A stretch of 64,000 bases of DNA from Octopus vulgaris. Its lineage: Eukaryota. Positions 26,880 through 40,249 of the stretch are shown one piece after another (position 1 is the first letter of the stretch; the number at the start of each line of letters is the position of its first letter). The notes below the pieces were generated by a model. The model worked only from the letters and a program-made list of their open reading frames with translations. It had not been told where the DNA came from and did no database searches. The translations under genes and the position numbers were made by a program. The stretch lies in NCBI GenBank assembly GCA_951406725.2, contig OX597824.1, forward strand, positions 71,548,001-71,612,000, given 5' to 3'.

Positions 26880-28255
26880 AAATAAAGCTAGTAGTAGTTT
26901 TATGGCTTGTGAAAGCCATGCAATCCATGTACAGAGATGCTGTCATCAAGGTACTAAAGAAGAATTTAGCTTGCAGGTAAGTATTCATCAGGGTTCAATT
27001 CTCAACCCTCTTCCTGTCTGTTGTAATTCTTCAGTCTATAACAGAAGAGTTTAAGACCATGGAAATTCCTCTATGACCTCTCAATTGAGTCGGTCAAAGA
27101 GTTAAAGAAATTCCAAACAGCAAGACCTAAAATCAAGATACTTCAAAGTAAATTTCGCAAAAGTTTTACTCAAGTGAAAAGAATAAGGGACCATACTGCT
27201 AACAGAGTGGTGGCCTCAATATACAGAATAGGAGTAGATAGGAACACTGTGTCAAGTACCAAGTTACAAGTGAATAAGAGATGCAGTGCGATCACAGGTT
27301 GGCTGACATAATTTTTTTCCAAATGTTTGGAATTAGTTGACAGTTTATGTTACCTTGGTAATTTAATTAACAGTGGAGACGAGTGTTATGGAAGCTTAGT
27401 AGCCAGAATAAAGGGAAAAGTTCAGGGATCTTATTTTTGCTAGCAGCAAAAGTATTCTCTGATTGTATGGTTATTGGATAAAAAGTGTGTTGTTATAGGG
27501 TAGAAAAACATGGGCATTAAATATGAACGATGAGTGAAGGCTGGAAAGAAATGCAATGAGCATGCTCTGCTGAATGTGTGCATGAATGACCAAGCACAAA
27601 TAAACTGAGAAAAAAAACAAAGTATAAGAGGAATTAGGAAGCACTCCGTCGGTTACGACGACGAGGGTTCCGGTTGATCCGATCAACGGAACAGCCTGCT
27701 TGTGAAATTAACGTGTAAGTGGCTGAGCACTCCACAGACATGTATACCCTTAACGTAGTTCTCGGGGATATTCAGCATGACACAGAGAGTGACAAGGCCG
27801 GCCCTTTGAAATACAGGTACAACAGAAACAGGAAGTAAGAGTGTGAGAAAGTTGTGGTGAAAGAGTACAGCAGGGATCACCACCATCCCTGCCGGAGCCT
27901 CGTGGAGCTTTTAGGTGTTTTCGCTCAATAAACACTCACAACGCCCGGTCTGAGAATCGAAACCGCGAATCCGCTGCCCTAACCACTGTGTCATTGCACC
28001 TCCACAAGAGGAATTAGATGTATTGGGAAAACAAAAATACATTGAACTAGACTTGTGGTTCTTATAAAAGTAGATAAAGAAGTGCTTAGTAATATAAGTG
28101 GAAAGTACATGCACAAAAGAATGACATAGCAAGTATTAACCTCATGATGTCAAACTACATGAAAGAAAAAATATAAAGGCCCACAAGTGGTGAGCATGTG
28201 CTGCAGAAGACCCATGCAAGTATGATAAAATGGATATAAATATGATGATAATGAC
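26880..28255 (+). mobile_element. Highly decayed RTE-like LINE, interrupted by a SINE
   Basis: WLVKAMQSMYRDAV and IHQGSILNPL remnants. Resumes after the SINE at about 28004 and ends in an (ATG)n-like tail. Confidence 0.6.
27640..28003 (-). mobile_element. tRNA-derived SINE family E (CpG-rich, probably young)
   Basis: Minus-strand head GGAGGTGCAATGACACAGTGGTTAGG...GGTTTCGATTCTC. Inserted into the RTE remnant. Confidence 0.8.
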
Positions 28256-29087
28256 ATCACTGATTAGAGAAGTATTTCAATATTGATATTATTTTTATCA
28301 ACCTTTTTCCTAACATATTCTAACAAGCATATACTGTTTCAAAATAAATCAAAAATATAGACCTGTTTGGAATATAACTTGATAGAACATTTACCTGTCC
28401 CAAATCTCAGTAGTATATGTATAATAACCAAGAATGCAGTTAACTTTAACACAAGGCAGTTTGGAATCATGGATGAAAATGTCCCATCATCACCATTTTA
28501 ACATTCACCTTTCTATGCTTGCATGGGTTGATGACTTTATAGAGGCAGAGCTCATCCTGTGGTCAATTCTCACCTGTTCTAGACAATAGTTCCCCTTGGC
28601 CAATGTTTTTGCAGAATATTGGGAATGAGATTCATTTACAACATTATATCAAGACAAGGAGACACAAACACACATGCAAACAACTAGAGTCTTTCAGTTT
28701 CTGTCTACCAAAGAACTTGCCCAAGATACCACACTGTGGAACTGAACCTGGAAAGCAAACTTCTAAACACTCAGCCATGCTGGCATCTTTGTGGACTGAC
28801 ATTGAAAGGATTAAACCATGTGTTGAATGCACAGCAATTCCAGTTGCCTTAGTTTTTCTAATATCAACATCATCTCCTTGAAAAAACTATGCTACAAGAA
28901 CTATTCAAAGATGGGTGAATATTTAATACAGTACAGCATAGTGAAATAAAAAAGAAGATTGTGTGTGGATGTACAATTTTAATGCTATGTGAACATTAAT
29001 AGTATGAATAAAAAGTCAACATTTACAACATTTTAGGAAACATTTAATTTAATTTCCGATGAATAAAAAAAAATGAGCTGTAAGTGT

Positions 29088-29222
29088 TCAGTCCATGGTA
29101 AATATTCGACTCGCAATGTCCCCAATTAACCAATCCATTCCTTGCAGTAAATTCTCTCCAGTCAGGGCACTACAGTCAAGTATTAACCAATGGTGAGATT
29201 TTATGTTGTCCAGTTTTAAAAT
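29088..29222 (-). CDS. ARL2: ARL2 coding exon 5 (CSA motif, stop)
   Basis: 135 nt: [44 protein letters not shown]. The five exons sum to 555 nt = 184 aa + stop. Confidence 0.96.
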   Translation of the reverse strand: MLKLDNIKSHHWLILDCSALTGENLLQGMDWLIGDIASRIFTMD

Positions 29223-32200
29223 CTATAAAGAAAATAAGAGGGAGTTGTTACAATTGAAGGGTTATGAATGTAAATGGTCAGGATAGGGGGTAAATGATAG
29301 TGTGTCTGTATGAAAGAAAGAGAGAGAAAAAGTTAGGCTTGAGATTAAAAGAGAATGAAAGGAAAACGGTAGAGAGAATGAGTGAAGAAACAAGAGAGAG
29401 AAGACAAAAATGAGTTATAATAACTGAATGGTTAAGATATTAAATTATCATCTTACAGACTTAAGAATCAAAACTCTGTTGGTTTGTGTTCCTTATTGAA
29501 ATATTACAATACTAGCTACAATGAAGTAAGTAACTAAAAACCCTTAATGGTGCTTGGTGTCCAGGGATCACTACAATAACAGATTAGGAAATTAAAACAA
29601 AAAAAAAACTTTGATATTATTTGGTACTCCTAGGCAAAACATTACAATACTAAAAACATCAAATCAGCAAAATACAGAAAAACCAAGTCAAAAATTGTGT
29701 TAAAAACCGTTGTGGCTCCATAAAATTTTGTTCATGTACATTGGATCTCAGCAGCCTCTAGAAGAGCCCAGAGTCTTGTTGCAAGCATGGTTGTGGTTAC
29801 CAGTCTTCCTCTGCTCTGACTAAGTAATTGAAAATGAGGATGGCATTCCCAGAAGATTTAATAAGAACACTGCTTAAAGTGTTGAACATCTTGCCATGAT
29901 AACTATTACCAGCTAGATTATTTAGGGGAAGGGGAATTAAGTGACCTTTGACCCTCCCAGGGCCACCATGAGATGAGTTGCTGACACTTAACAAACATCG
30001 TACATAGTACCATATTGATGTGATCAGATTTACAAGTGTCACTAATGCAAAATCAATCAAACATTTGTTTATTGTCAGGTATGAAAGGAATTACATATAA
30101 TTATTAGAATTTGTGACTAGCACTTGTGCGAGGTTCTAAAAGATGATTCAGTAAACATCAGGGAAAAAACGGAGATGTTACGAAGAGAGGAAAATACCTA
30201 ACATTTGAAACAGACTTTCATTGGAGAATGAAGCAATACTAGAAGATATCTTCTATGATCTTAAAATACTAGATGGTGTTTGATACAACTATCACAAAGA
30301 TATTCTTTATGATCAGCACAAGAACACAAGAAAATACTTTTTATAATTATTACGAAAAATCCTAACATCTGCTATAACTATCAGAAGAATACAAGAAGAT
30401 GTCTGCCATAAGTATGAATATAATATATTTTATACTTAGTTATATGGAAGGGTCAGTGCACATGTCCCATTTTAGGGTTTCTGAAACTGATGGGAAGGAG
30501 AGAAGGTAGCATTGGCATTCTCAAACAAGAGAGCTGGTCAAAATGGTTACATCAGTGTGGACTCTGTGAAAGGTGCCCAAGCACTAGGTGGTGGTGTTAA
30601 GCCGGACAATAGGTCTGCTATAACAATCATATGAATGTGAGAAGATATCCTTTGTCTTTCACAAAATGAAAAATCATTTTCTATGACTATCAAAGATTGT
30701 TTAACACTGCTTTATGAGGAGAGGAAGGTCACCAACTCATGAAACATGCAGTTATATCCCCTACAGACATTTTGTCATGTTTTGGGACAGAACACTTTAT
30801 TTCATATTGTTTCAGTTCCCTTACTGTAGGAAAAGGTATGTCATTATTTGAGAATATTACTTTTCATATACAGATATCCTATCTTATGAAACCAAAGCTA
30901 AACGCACACACCCCTAACAATCTCCACTCTATATTCAAATGACATATCTTTTACATTATTTAATGAGATGTTCTAACAAAAATATTAGCTATTTTCTCTC
31001 TTCACTGCAATTACTAACAAAGCAGCTTTTACATGGTTACTTAACATACTTGAAATGGCAGGCAGATCTCTCATATCATCTATCATCTTTAAAAAATTAC
31101 ATCCTACCATCAATTTATGGCTGTTTATGATACTGGTGTCTTGTGGACAGATCAATACAGCCTGAGTGTTCTTATAAAGAGTTACTGTCCTTCTAGACAG
31201 GTTGGTTTCTATGGCTGGGTGCCCTTCTTAAGATCAGCTACTTAACACATATACTGGGCACATTTTATTGCGGCACCAGTACTAGAGAGGTTGTCATGTC
31301 CTGGACAAGATTAAAGAGTCTGCTTAATCCTATGCTGTCTGCTCATTTTCAACCCCTTTACAGAGAGTACTGAGTACATTTTATCATAGTATCACCCCTA
31401 GTAAGGTTGCCTTCCACCCAACAAGACCAAAAGCCTTCACTAGTCAATAGTGTGTCCATTCTACATAAGTATGATACCTGAAAGTCTTCTCAATCAGGAT
31501 TGACCTGGGGCTAAACAACAACACCAATTTTTCATTTTATTGAAAAGGTCCAGCTTGATGTAGGCCTTACTGATATGCCATAGTGCTAGCCAATAACAAT
31601 ATAATAAACCTTACAGGTTTTAAATCTCATTGGATTGGAAGGAACAGACAATCAAATTTTACATCAAATTGTGTGTCCCCTGCCCCTCATAGATAAGTGG
31701 GTAAATCTATTGATGCTAACATCCTTCACAACCTGGGACTTGATGTCATCTACTTGATTATCAGTCTAAAGGAGAAACTGGAAAAGGTTGGTCACTGTCA
31801 TTGGTACCTCAGATGGTTGATTAAACATTATCTGTACACAGACACAATGGTTATAAGGTTACAAAGCTTGACCATTGATGATATGGTCAAATCTTAACAT
31901 TAGCCATTGTCATCAGTTAAGCAGCACATTGTTTTGCTTAACTGATGACAAGTTCCATTTATGCTTTGTAGATAAATCATTACCATATTTTCCAGCATAC
32001 AAGTTGAACTTTTTAGACCAAAATTTACAGCCAAAAAAAGATTGTTCAACTTATATGCCAAGTCGACTTTGGAGGATCAAAAATTCCATGTGAAATGCAG
32101 CATAATTTGGAAAAATAGTGACACTGTTTGAATGTTTTCACATGTTTACACTGTACTCAACTTGTATGCTGAAAAAGATAGTAAAAGGTGGTGAGGATGG

Positions 32201-32343
32201 CATCCACATGTAAAACTACCTACTGATCCAATAATATGCAAAAGATCATATTTTGTAAAGAAAAAAGCCCATCACATTTATGATAAGATGGAACAACTGA
32301 AAGTGAAAAAGAAAAAAATGAAAACGAAACAAACAAAAGTTAC

Positions 32344-32424
32344 CTCTCTGATTTCTTCGGCTTTAAGAGCACCAGGTAAGTCTTGTTTGTTTGCAAAAAC
32401 TAGTAGTGTTGCATCTGCTAATCG
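32344..32424 (-). CDS. ARL2: ARL2 coding exon 4 (NKQD motif)
   Basis: 81 nt: [27 protein letters not shown]. ttacag acceptor, gtaact donor. Confidence 0.96.
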
Positions 32425-33760
32425 CTGTAAGTAGAAAGAAGTAAACTATTAGAATTAAATGCATCAACTAATTTTTTTTTTAAATGTTCTACAAATTTTA
32501 ACCCTCTATGCTTGGAATTATGGGATCTCAGGAAAAGATATAAAAGGTCGAAATGAATTTTAGAGATTAAACAGTTTAAGAAATGATTTGAAGAGAAAAA
32601 ACATGCTACCTTCAAGATGTCTACAAATCAGGATGAGAGCCTCTATATCAGTGGTTCCCAATCTTTTCATTACCAAGGACCCCTTATATCTAAATTAATT
32701 TTCCCTGTGGGCTTTTTGAAAAGTTTGTCTGCTCAATAAATCTTGAACTTAGCTCATAGAGCCTCAGTACTTTGTGGTTCCCCCAGGGGTTTACAGACCC
32801 CAGGTTAGAAACCATTGTTCCCAACCTTGTCTCTTGACTTGTTAGAACCAGGAACCCAATCTCTTTCAAAAACGAAATAAGATACTGAATATATGTAGTT
32901 CTGTATCAGTGGTTCTCAACCATTTTTTGCCTATGATCAAAAGTATGACTAGCTATGACCATTCCATTTTTTTTTACCAGGTATGGTTTATATAGAAGAG
33001 TAGTTCTCAACTGGGGTCCATATATGACTTTGTTAAAAATTTACGTGCAATAAACTGGTTATATTTCTACAATGCACAAAATATTTAAACAATTTCTTAT
33101 ACAATTCCTAATATTTAATCATAAAAATATAATAGGAGTTTTTAGGCATTGAATGGCTATGAAAGTTCCCCAACTCCCTGAGTAAAATAGAAATCAAAGG
33201 GTCCATAAGGTCTGCTTTTCTTCATCTTCTTTGTAGTCTCTTGAGTTTGCCAAAAAAGATGATTCTGAAAGTTCTTGTTGAACAAATGTTTGTGTAGCAC
33301 ATAAGCTCACCCACTCTATCAAGTCAACATTGCCGGGATAAGTGCAAAGTGTGCCACACATCAGTTGTGTTAAAGTGGTTGCAGAAAAACATGAAATAAA
33401 GTATTTTGCTCAAGAGCACAACATACTGCACAGTCCAGGAATTAAAACCCACAATCTCACAAGTGTAAGTGCAACAACCCAACTTCTAGGTCTGCTCAGT
33501 CAAAGTTAAAACAACATGAAGGATGTTTAAGTTTCTGCTTTATTTAGATCTTCATCAGCATTTGTTGTCCTTTTGTAAAAATTTAACCTACCAAACTAAA
33601 GTTGGTTCAAGATACCCTATAATTGGATGCATATTCCATTGCCTTGCAAATACTGTGTTCAAATCTTGGTATGGACAAAAACAATATTGTAAGAAAGAAT
33701 GTGATAACAAAAATAACAAATAAAACCAATAAATAATTTGAATAAATCATTGCAACTGAC

Positions 33761-33923
33761 TTCTTCCACTAATAAAGCATCCAGTTCTTGCTTACAATCC
33801 TGCAGCCTCATTCGGTCAGCACTATCAACAACCCAGATAAGACCATCAGTAGATTCAAAGTAGTTTTTCCAGTAGGAACGGAGAGACTTTTGGCCACCAA
33901 CATCCCATATGTTTAATTTATAA
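33761..33923 (-). CDS. ARL2: ARL2 coding exon 3 (WDVGGQ switch II)
   Basis: 163 nt: [54 protein letters not shown]. ttcag acceptor, gtcagt donor. Confidence 0.97.
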
Positions 33924-35820
33924 CTGAAATGAGTGAAAATAAAAATCACAAATGGAAATATATTTTTTAATTATTTCAGATATTTTAAAGTTTCTTTGAT
34001 TTGAAATTTCAAACCAGTAAAATTTGACATGTTTATTGGCATATTTTCATAAAACTAAATTAGAATGATACAAATGAAACTGAAATTTCAGTCTTTTTAG
34101 AAATTTTAATTAAATTTCAAAGACGTACCTGTCTTGCAAGTGATTTGATCTGAGATCATGTTTCAAAACTAAAACAATTAGATGACAGATACATGTTGGC
34201 CATTCAAAAACACACAAAAACTGTTAAGTTTACTAATCATTTATTATTTGGTGCCAAAATTTTCATCAAATGCAACCTGGTCACTGACACAGTTCTATTG
34301 CAACTGGTCTGAGATGAGGATGTTGACCAGCAGAATTCAGGTTTCAGGATTTTAAATATAATTTTTTTTTCTCATCTATATATGTTGGTCATTCTGGTTG
34401 CCATCAGCTGGTGTACATAAATTTCAACCAAAAGCCAAGGTAACTGACTTAGTTTGAGCATCAGGTTACAACTAGGATGACTGATCTATATAGAAAAAAT
34501 ATATTTAAAACCTGAAGCCTACAAATTTTGGCCAACAAGTGAACTGTGTTAATAACTAGGTTGCAGTCAGAGCAACAAAAATCTTGATACCAAATTACAA
34601 ATAATTAAGTGAAGTTAATTGTTTTTTTATGTTTTTGAACAGTTAACATGTATTTTCCATACTGTAATTGCCAAGCTTTTAACTGAAAATATAATATCCT
34701 AATATCTTCTGTTTTTCCTTTCCAATTTCAAATTTATTAAAAAGAAATTAGTTTTATTAATAAGATAAAACACCAAAAAACTTTAATATTTCAATCTCTA
34801 CTCAAAATTCTAATTGTATTATAAAAAAATGAAGAGAACGCAACTAAATCACAAATTTTGATTGTTTATGCTTACTGTTAGATGCAAACTTGAACACATT
34901 CTATTAAACAAAATTTAATTTTATAAAGAACATTTATAGTTACCATCTTGAACTATATATTTAAGAGACCTCATCAGATCTATATGTACTCCATACATAC
35001 TACCTATACGCTTTCTTGGCTATTTGGTATCAACAGTCATCATTTACTCTCCAAGGTATCTATCTCTCTTACTATCCATCATTTTCTCACTCCTATTCTC
35101 TCTAGTGCTAGTGTGAAAACAAAGTACATCCAGTACACTCTGTTAAGTGTGCAGTTGGAAGGGCCCTTTAGTGTTGTTGATGACATAACACTCAACAGTT
35201 CCGGTGTCATAAAAAATGCACCTAATATACTTTGCAAAGTGGTCAATGTTAGGAAAAACATACAACTGTAGAATCCAAGCCCAAAATGGAACACCCAAGA
35301 AAGATGTGGTTTCTTGACTCGTCTAGGAGTGCAGCAATGACCTGTCTAACTCATGCCAATATGGAAAGCAGATACAAAACAAAAACAATGATGAATTGTT
35401 GTGGGTTGTCTTATAATTAGTAAAGCAACAGTATGCTTTCCTCCTTAAAGATTTGGAAAGCACTTGCTTAGATCATCCTTGCATCTATGTACCTTGGGTT
35501 AACTAGCCCAAGAACATGTAGCACTTCAAATCTAATCATCATCATTGTTTTCATCATTAATATCAGTTATAAAGAGAATTTCAGTCAGATTAGTACCTTA
35601 CCTTAGAGGAAATACAAGACACTTTACTCCAAATGGACTAGCCTAGACTACAAAAAAATATATTTATTTTTAACTATTTAGTGTCAGACACAGTTCTTAG
35701 GTTATTAATCTCTTTAATCCAATGAACCAACTATAGACTGAAAAAAATAGAAATATTTGAAAAATATATATATAAAATACTGCATAGAATAAAAGGAAAA
35801 CAAAAAGAAAACAAACTCAC

Positions 35821-35931
35821 CCAAGATGTTCTAAAGTTTTAATGTTAAAGCCTAAAGTTGGAGATATGGTATCAACATCTTCACCGTTGAATTTTTTTAG
35901 CACTGTTGTCTTACCAGCATTATCTAAACCA
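35821..35931 (-). CDS. ARL2: ARL2 coding exon 2 (P-loop, switch I)
   Basis: 111 nt: [36 protein letters not shown](G). aatag acceptor, gtgagt donor. Confidence 0.97.
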
Positions 35932-35990
35932 CTATTTGGAAAATTAAGGAAGAAATAAACTATTTATACAAAAACAAATATATATGTATA

Positions 35991-36300
35991 CAGTGGTTGG
36001 ACAAAATATTGAAGACACTTTGTTAAACTGAAGTTTTATTATTTAACATGGAGTAGTGCATTACCAAATGGAAGTGCGTATAAGTAAATCAAGAAGTTTA
36101 AAAGTAATGGTGCACTGTTTCACCATTACCATCTCTTGGATCACTGCTCATTTTTCTTCTTTGGTGCACATTGCTAGTGGAGTGGGCATGCTTACACTGT
36201 AAAGCCAGAAATAAAAATGACACAATCAAGCTCAAACTTTGATCACGTGACCACAATAGTACCATCTATAAGCAAGCATGTGCAGAAGGCGGTGTGACAA
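35991..36300. mobile_element. Possible Tc1-like terminal fragment
   Basis: TA followed by CAGTGGTTGGACAAAA, a Tc1-type terminus. The other end was not identified. Confidence 0.4.
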
Positions 36301-36352
36301 TAATAAAGATATGTTATAGTGAAAGTGCAGATAATTTTTGACTTCTCATATA

Positions 36353-37338
36353 TTGGGTTGTCCGGAAAGTTCAATCCGATTTATAGTAGCTTACCTTTTG
36401 ACTTATTTTAGAACATGGTTGAGTCCATAAAATAGGATTTGACTACACCTCTATTTAGAGCACAGTTTAAGCTATCTTTTCGTGGAAAAAGGTTTATGTT
36501 CCTATAACCTGTGTTAATTCTGTAACCTTTTAAAATGGAAGATAAGAAAGTTCATTTTCGGCACTTGATGCTTTTCTTTTTCCATAAAGGGAAAAATGCC
36601 TCACAAGCAACCAAAGAAATATGCACAGTTTACGGTGATGTTTCTTTATCCGAAAGAACTGTATGGAAGTGGTTCACAAGGTTCAAAGCTGGAGATTGTA
36701 GCCTTATTGATAAAGAGCGATCAGATAGACCATATACTACAGATGATGACCAAATCAAGTCATTAATTGAGAATAACCCACATTCACAGCCCAAGAATTG
36801 GCAGAAAGTCTCAACCTATCAAAATCAGTTGTTCATGAGCACCTGGTAAAGCTTGGGTACACAAATTGCTACGATGTTTGGGTACCACATGAGTTGAGTG
36901 AGAAGAACTTTTGGATCACATTTCCATCTGTGATTCGCTTTATAAACGGAATGAAATGCGCCTTTTTTAAAGCAAATTATGACAGGGGATGAGAAATGGA
37001 TTATCTACCGAAATGTTCAGAGAAAGCAATCCTGGAGTAAGTGACATGAGCCACCCTTAGCCACCCCAAAAGCAGGTCTTCACCCTAAAAAAGTCTTGCT
37101 TTGTGTCTGGTGGGATTGGAAAGGAATTCTGTACTATGAGCTTCTCCCAAGTAACCAGACAATTAATTCTGAGAAATACTGGATGAGTTAAAAGCAGCAA
37201 TTCAAGAGAAATGTCCAGAATTGGCCAACAGGAAGGGTGTTGTTTTCCAACATAATGCAAGACTGCACGTTTCTTTGCGAACCAGACAAAAATTGCTGCA
37301 GCTCAGCTGGGATGTATTACCTCACCCTCCATATTCAG
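36353..37338 (+). mobile_element. Mariner transposon, 3'-truncated, frameshifted transposase
   Basis: TA + TTGGGTTGTCCGGAAAGTT end. Peptide blocks MEDKKVHFRHLMLFFF...ERTVWKWFTRFKAGD, WVPHEL, TGDEKW, HPKKVLLCVWWD, PHPPYS. Confidence 0.93.
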
Positions 37339-39011
37339 CAATCTCATCTAATACATGTCTCTGTTTGCAATTTTCTTAATTTCTACAGTTGCCGAAGACC
37401 ATCCTTCCATCCCTGTCTTCAATGATGTGATAAGGATAACATTAAAATAAGAATGTGGATTCTAGTTTCATAATAAATTAATGTATTTCCTCATTTCAAT
37501 AGCTGGAGCCTTGGAACAAGAGAATATCTTAAGCTGAAACTGAGGCACACTTTCAATTGCTTGTTGAAACCATTTATGACATTTTAAAAGTTATTTTGCA
37601 AGGGCAGTGAATTAACAGACTGTTCAAGGAGTTGGATAAAAATGCCTTGACATATTTGTTCAAGCCTTTTATGTTCTGGGTTCAAATCCTGCAGTTTACT
37701 TTTTATCCCTCTGGGGTTCATAAAATAAAGTACCAGTCGAGGTCGACTATGCTAAAAATTATTTTGTATCATGCATTTTATGAAGAAAAAGTATCCATAT
37801 TATAGGTTTCCAACAGACCAGCCATTTATTCATTATATTTTTTATGGTAAGAGTATCAAAGGGGTGTCTGTGTAACTTGAAAAACACACACACACACAAT
37901 TTCCCTAATGACAAAGTTATTTTATTAAATTTCTCATTATGTGTGTATTTACGTTTCCTAGTCCTGATATCGTTCTACGGGGTGTCGTTATCACACAGGC
38001 AATGTCCTTCGTTTCCAGTCTTCCATGGAACATGTCCATCCAGGTGAAATAGTACTGCACTTGGAAATAGATGAAGGTCGGTGACGGAAACGGCATCAGA
38101 CTAGAAAAGCTGGTCAGTTTCGTCTGGCCCATGCAAGTATGGAAAAATAGACGTTAAAACGATTGTGTGTGTGCGCACTCCTTTGCTAGTTTTAGTCCTT
38201 GGACAGTGGTCAATCGATTATATCGACCTTGGAAATTACGAAAATTAAATTTGACATTTTATATTGCATATTTATGAAACCATATCACTTGTTTGGCTTA
38301 CACCGGTCACGAGCTATTAACAGCTTGTCTTAAGAGCTATTTTGTTTAGATCTATTTCCTCGCACGTGCTTTTGTCAATGATTGTCAAACAAAACTAGGG
38401 GCGTGGAAGACGCAACGGCAGTGACTTAGCATTAGAACGAGTCTTCTGCTTACCCAAGAATATATAACAGACCCAAAAGTGTCGTAACCATAAAAACGTG
38501 TACGGGGCAGACTTCACCCCCTACCATTAGCTATGCAAGTGTGCAACAATGCCTAAACATTTTCCTAATTTTGACTCTCCATTAAACTTCAACCTGATTT
38601 GGGTACAACTGTTGGTTAGAAACCTCGATCCCTTAAGTGAAAGCCTCCAGATTTAGAGAGAAAAGGTATTGTGATTGGGATGTTCATTTCTTCTCTCAAA
38701 ACGAAATGTTTGAAACCGGGTAGTAGTGATGACTCGAAACCGAAGACTCGTTTTAGCAACTATTTATCGTTTCATTGGAGTGACAATTAAAAGACTGAGT
38801 GAAGTAGTTCAAGAATTTGGAAGGGTATAAAAGAAGCTATCGAAGAGTTTAGATACTATATCTTTCATATATGATTATTATGGAAGTACATAGGGATCAG
38901 AGTCTATATAAGAATGATAAATATAAAAATTACAAACCAAGAGTTAATATTTCTATAAAGTAACCTGAATTTAGATGGGATTCCTTCTCGTTATATGTTA
39001 TAAAACACACG

Positions 39012-39077
<66 letters not shown>

Positions 39078-40184
39078 CACACACACACACTGACACAAAT
39101 ATGTAGTTTATGATGAAAATGATACAACACACAATGTAAAATTGATAGGTAGGCAAAATTCGATAATGTGTGTGATATTACTGGTATTTATTTTATGAAC
39201 ATCGGAGATATTCAAGTTAAAATTCACTCCAGCAAGATCTGAACTTGGAATGCAAAGAGACTGGGGCAAAATTCTGTAGAGAGCACTCACTTCCTCTTCA
39301 GCCAGGAATGTTATGGTTGATTAAATCGATCGCTTAGTAATAATGGGCTTCCTCGCTTTTAAGGGCTCTAAATTCAAACTGGTGTTTCCACAGCACTTTT
39401 AGTCCTAAATTATAATGTTTCCATGCTGGTGGGTACACATGTGAAAATTACTATTGTCGACTCAATCGAGATACTGGTTGTTGCTGCTATACGCCGACAG
39501 TTTTTGATTTAGTACGTGCTCTAGAACTGGATGTGGTGCAAAAGTCATTTAATTCATAACAGTTGTGCATGTGAATAGTGTGGAGGGTCTACCAGACGAA
39601 TTTCACATAAATTACATTGCGACGGTTATCGATGGAAATGCAGTGGATGTAATTTTGTAAAATCTATTCCTACTTGTTCGCATTTGTCATTAAAATAAAT
39701 GAGAACGATTTGATCATATATTGGTAGTGCCGAGAACTTCCGCAAAAGTATGTATGGAGCGAATTACGAATATAATGTTATTTCTGGCTGAGTGGCACAA
39801 TTTTTGAAGAGATCTGTGTGTAGAGTCGGATGTTTCAAAATTTAGTTTTAAAAAAAGAATTCAGGACTGTCACTTTTTCTGTTGACTTTAAGACCGTAAA
39901 AACGAGGTGCCTAGTAATAGGGTTATAATAATAATAATAATAATAATGATGAAATTATTGTATACAGTGCTCAGGTGCACCACAATAATAATGAAATAAT
40001 AATGAAATTATTTTAACATTACTGGTTACTCGTTTTATCAAACATGGATAGGATGGAAGGCAATATGAAGCAATCCATAACCATAAAATGAAAAAAAATC
40101 GAAATTTATAACACGGAAATATACATATATATACAGTTAGAGATAGATATAATCGTAATAAAACATAAATACATTAAAGGATAC

Positions 40185-40249
40185 AGCATAAGAATTCGCA
40201 TCTCTTTTTCTTTCTGTTTCATTTTTTTTAGTAGTGTTAACAGCCCCAT
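40185..40249 (-). CDS. ARL2: ADP-ribosylation factor-like 2, coding exon 1
   Basis: ATG at 40249. MGLLTLLKKMKQKEKEMRILM(L), 65 nt, followed by donor GTATCCTTTA. Confidence 0.97.

Larger units (their letters stand above)
35932..40184 (-). other. U12-type (minor spliceosome) GT-AG intron, ARL2 intron 1
   Basis: 5' splice site GTATCCTTTA (40184-40175). Branch point TTCCTTAAT (35951-35943) with the branch A about 13 nt from the 3' end, and no long polypyrimidine tract between it and the AG. Confidence 0.9.

Noticed and set aside
7606-29087. A hidden protein-coding gene in the 21-kb gap between Akt and ARL2
   Set aside because: The ORFs are short, low-complexity or repeat-derived, and no recognisable spliced protein motif was found. 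Small exons cannot be excluded by eye.
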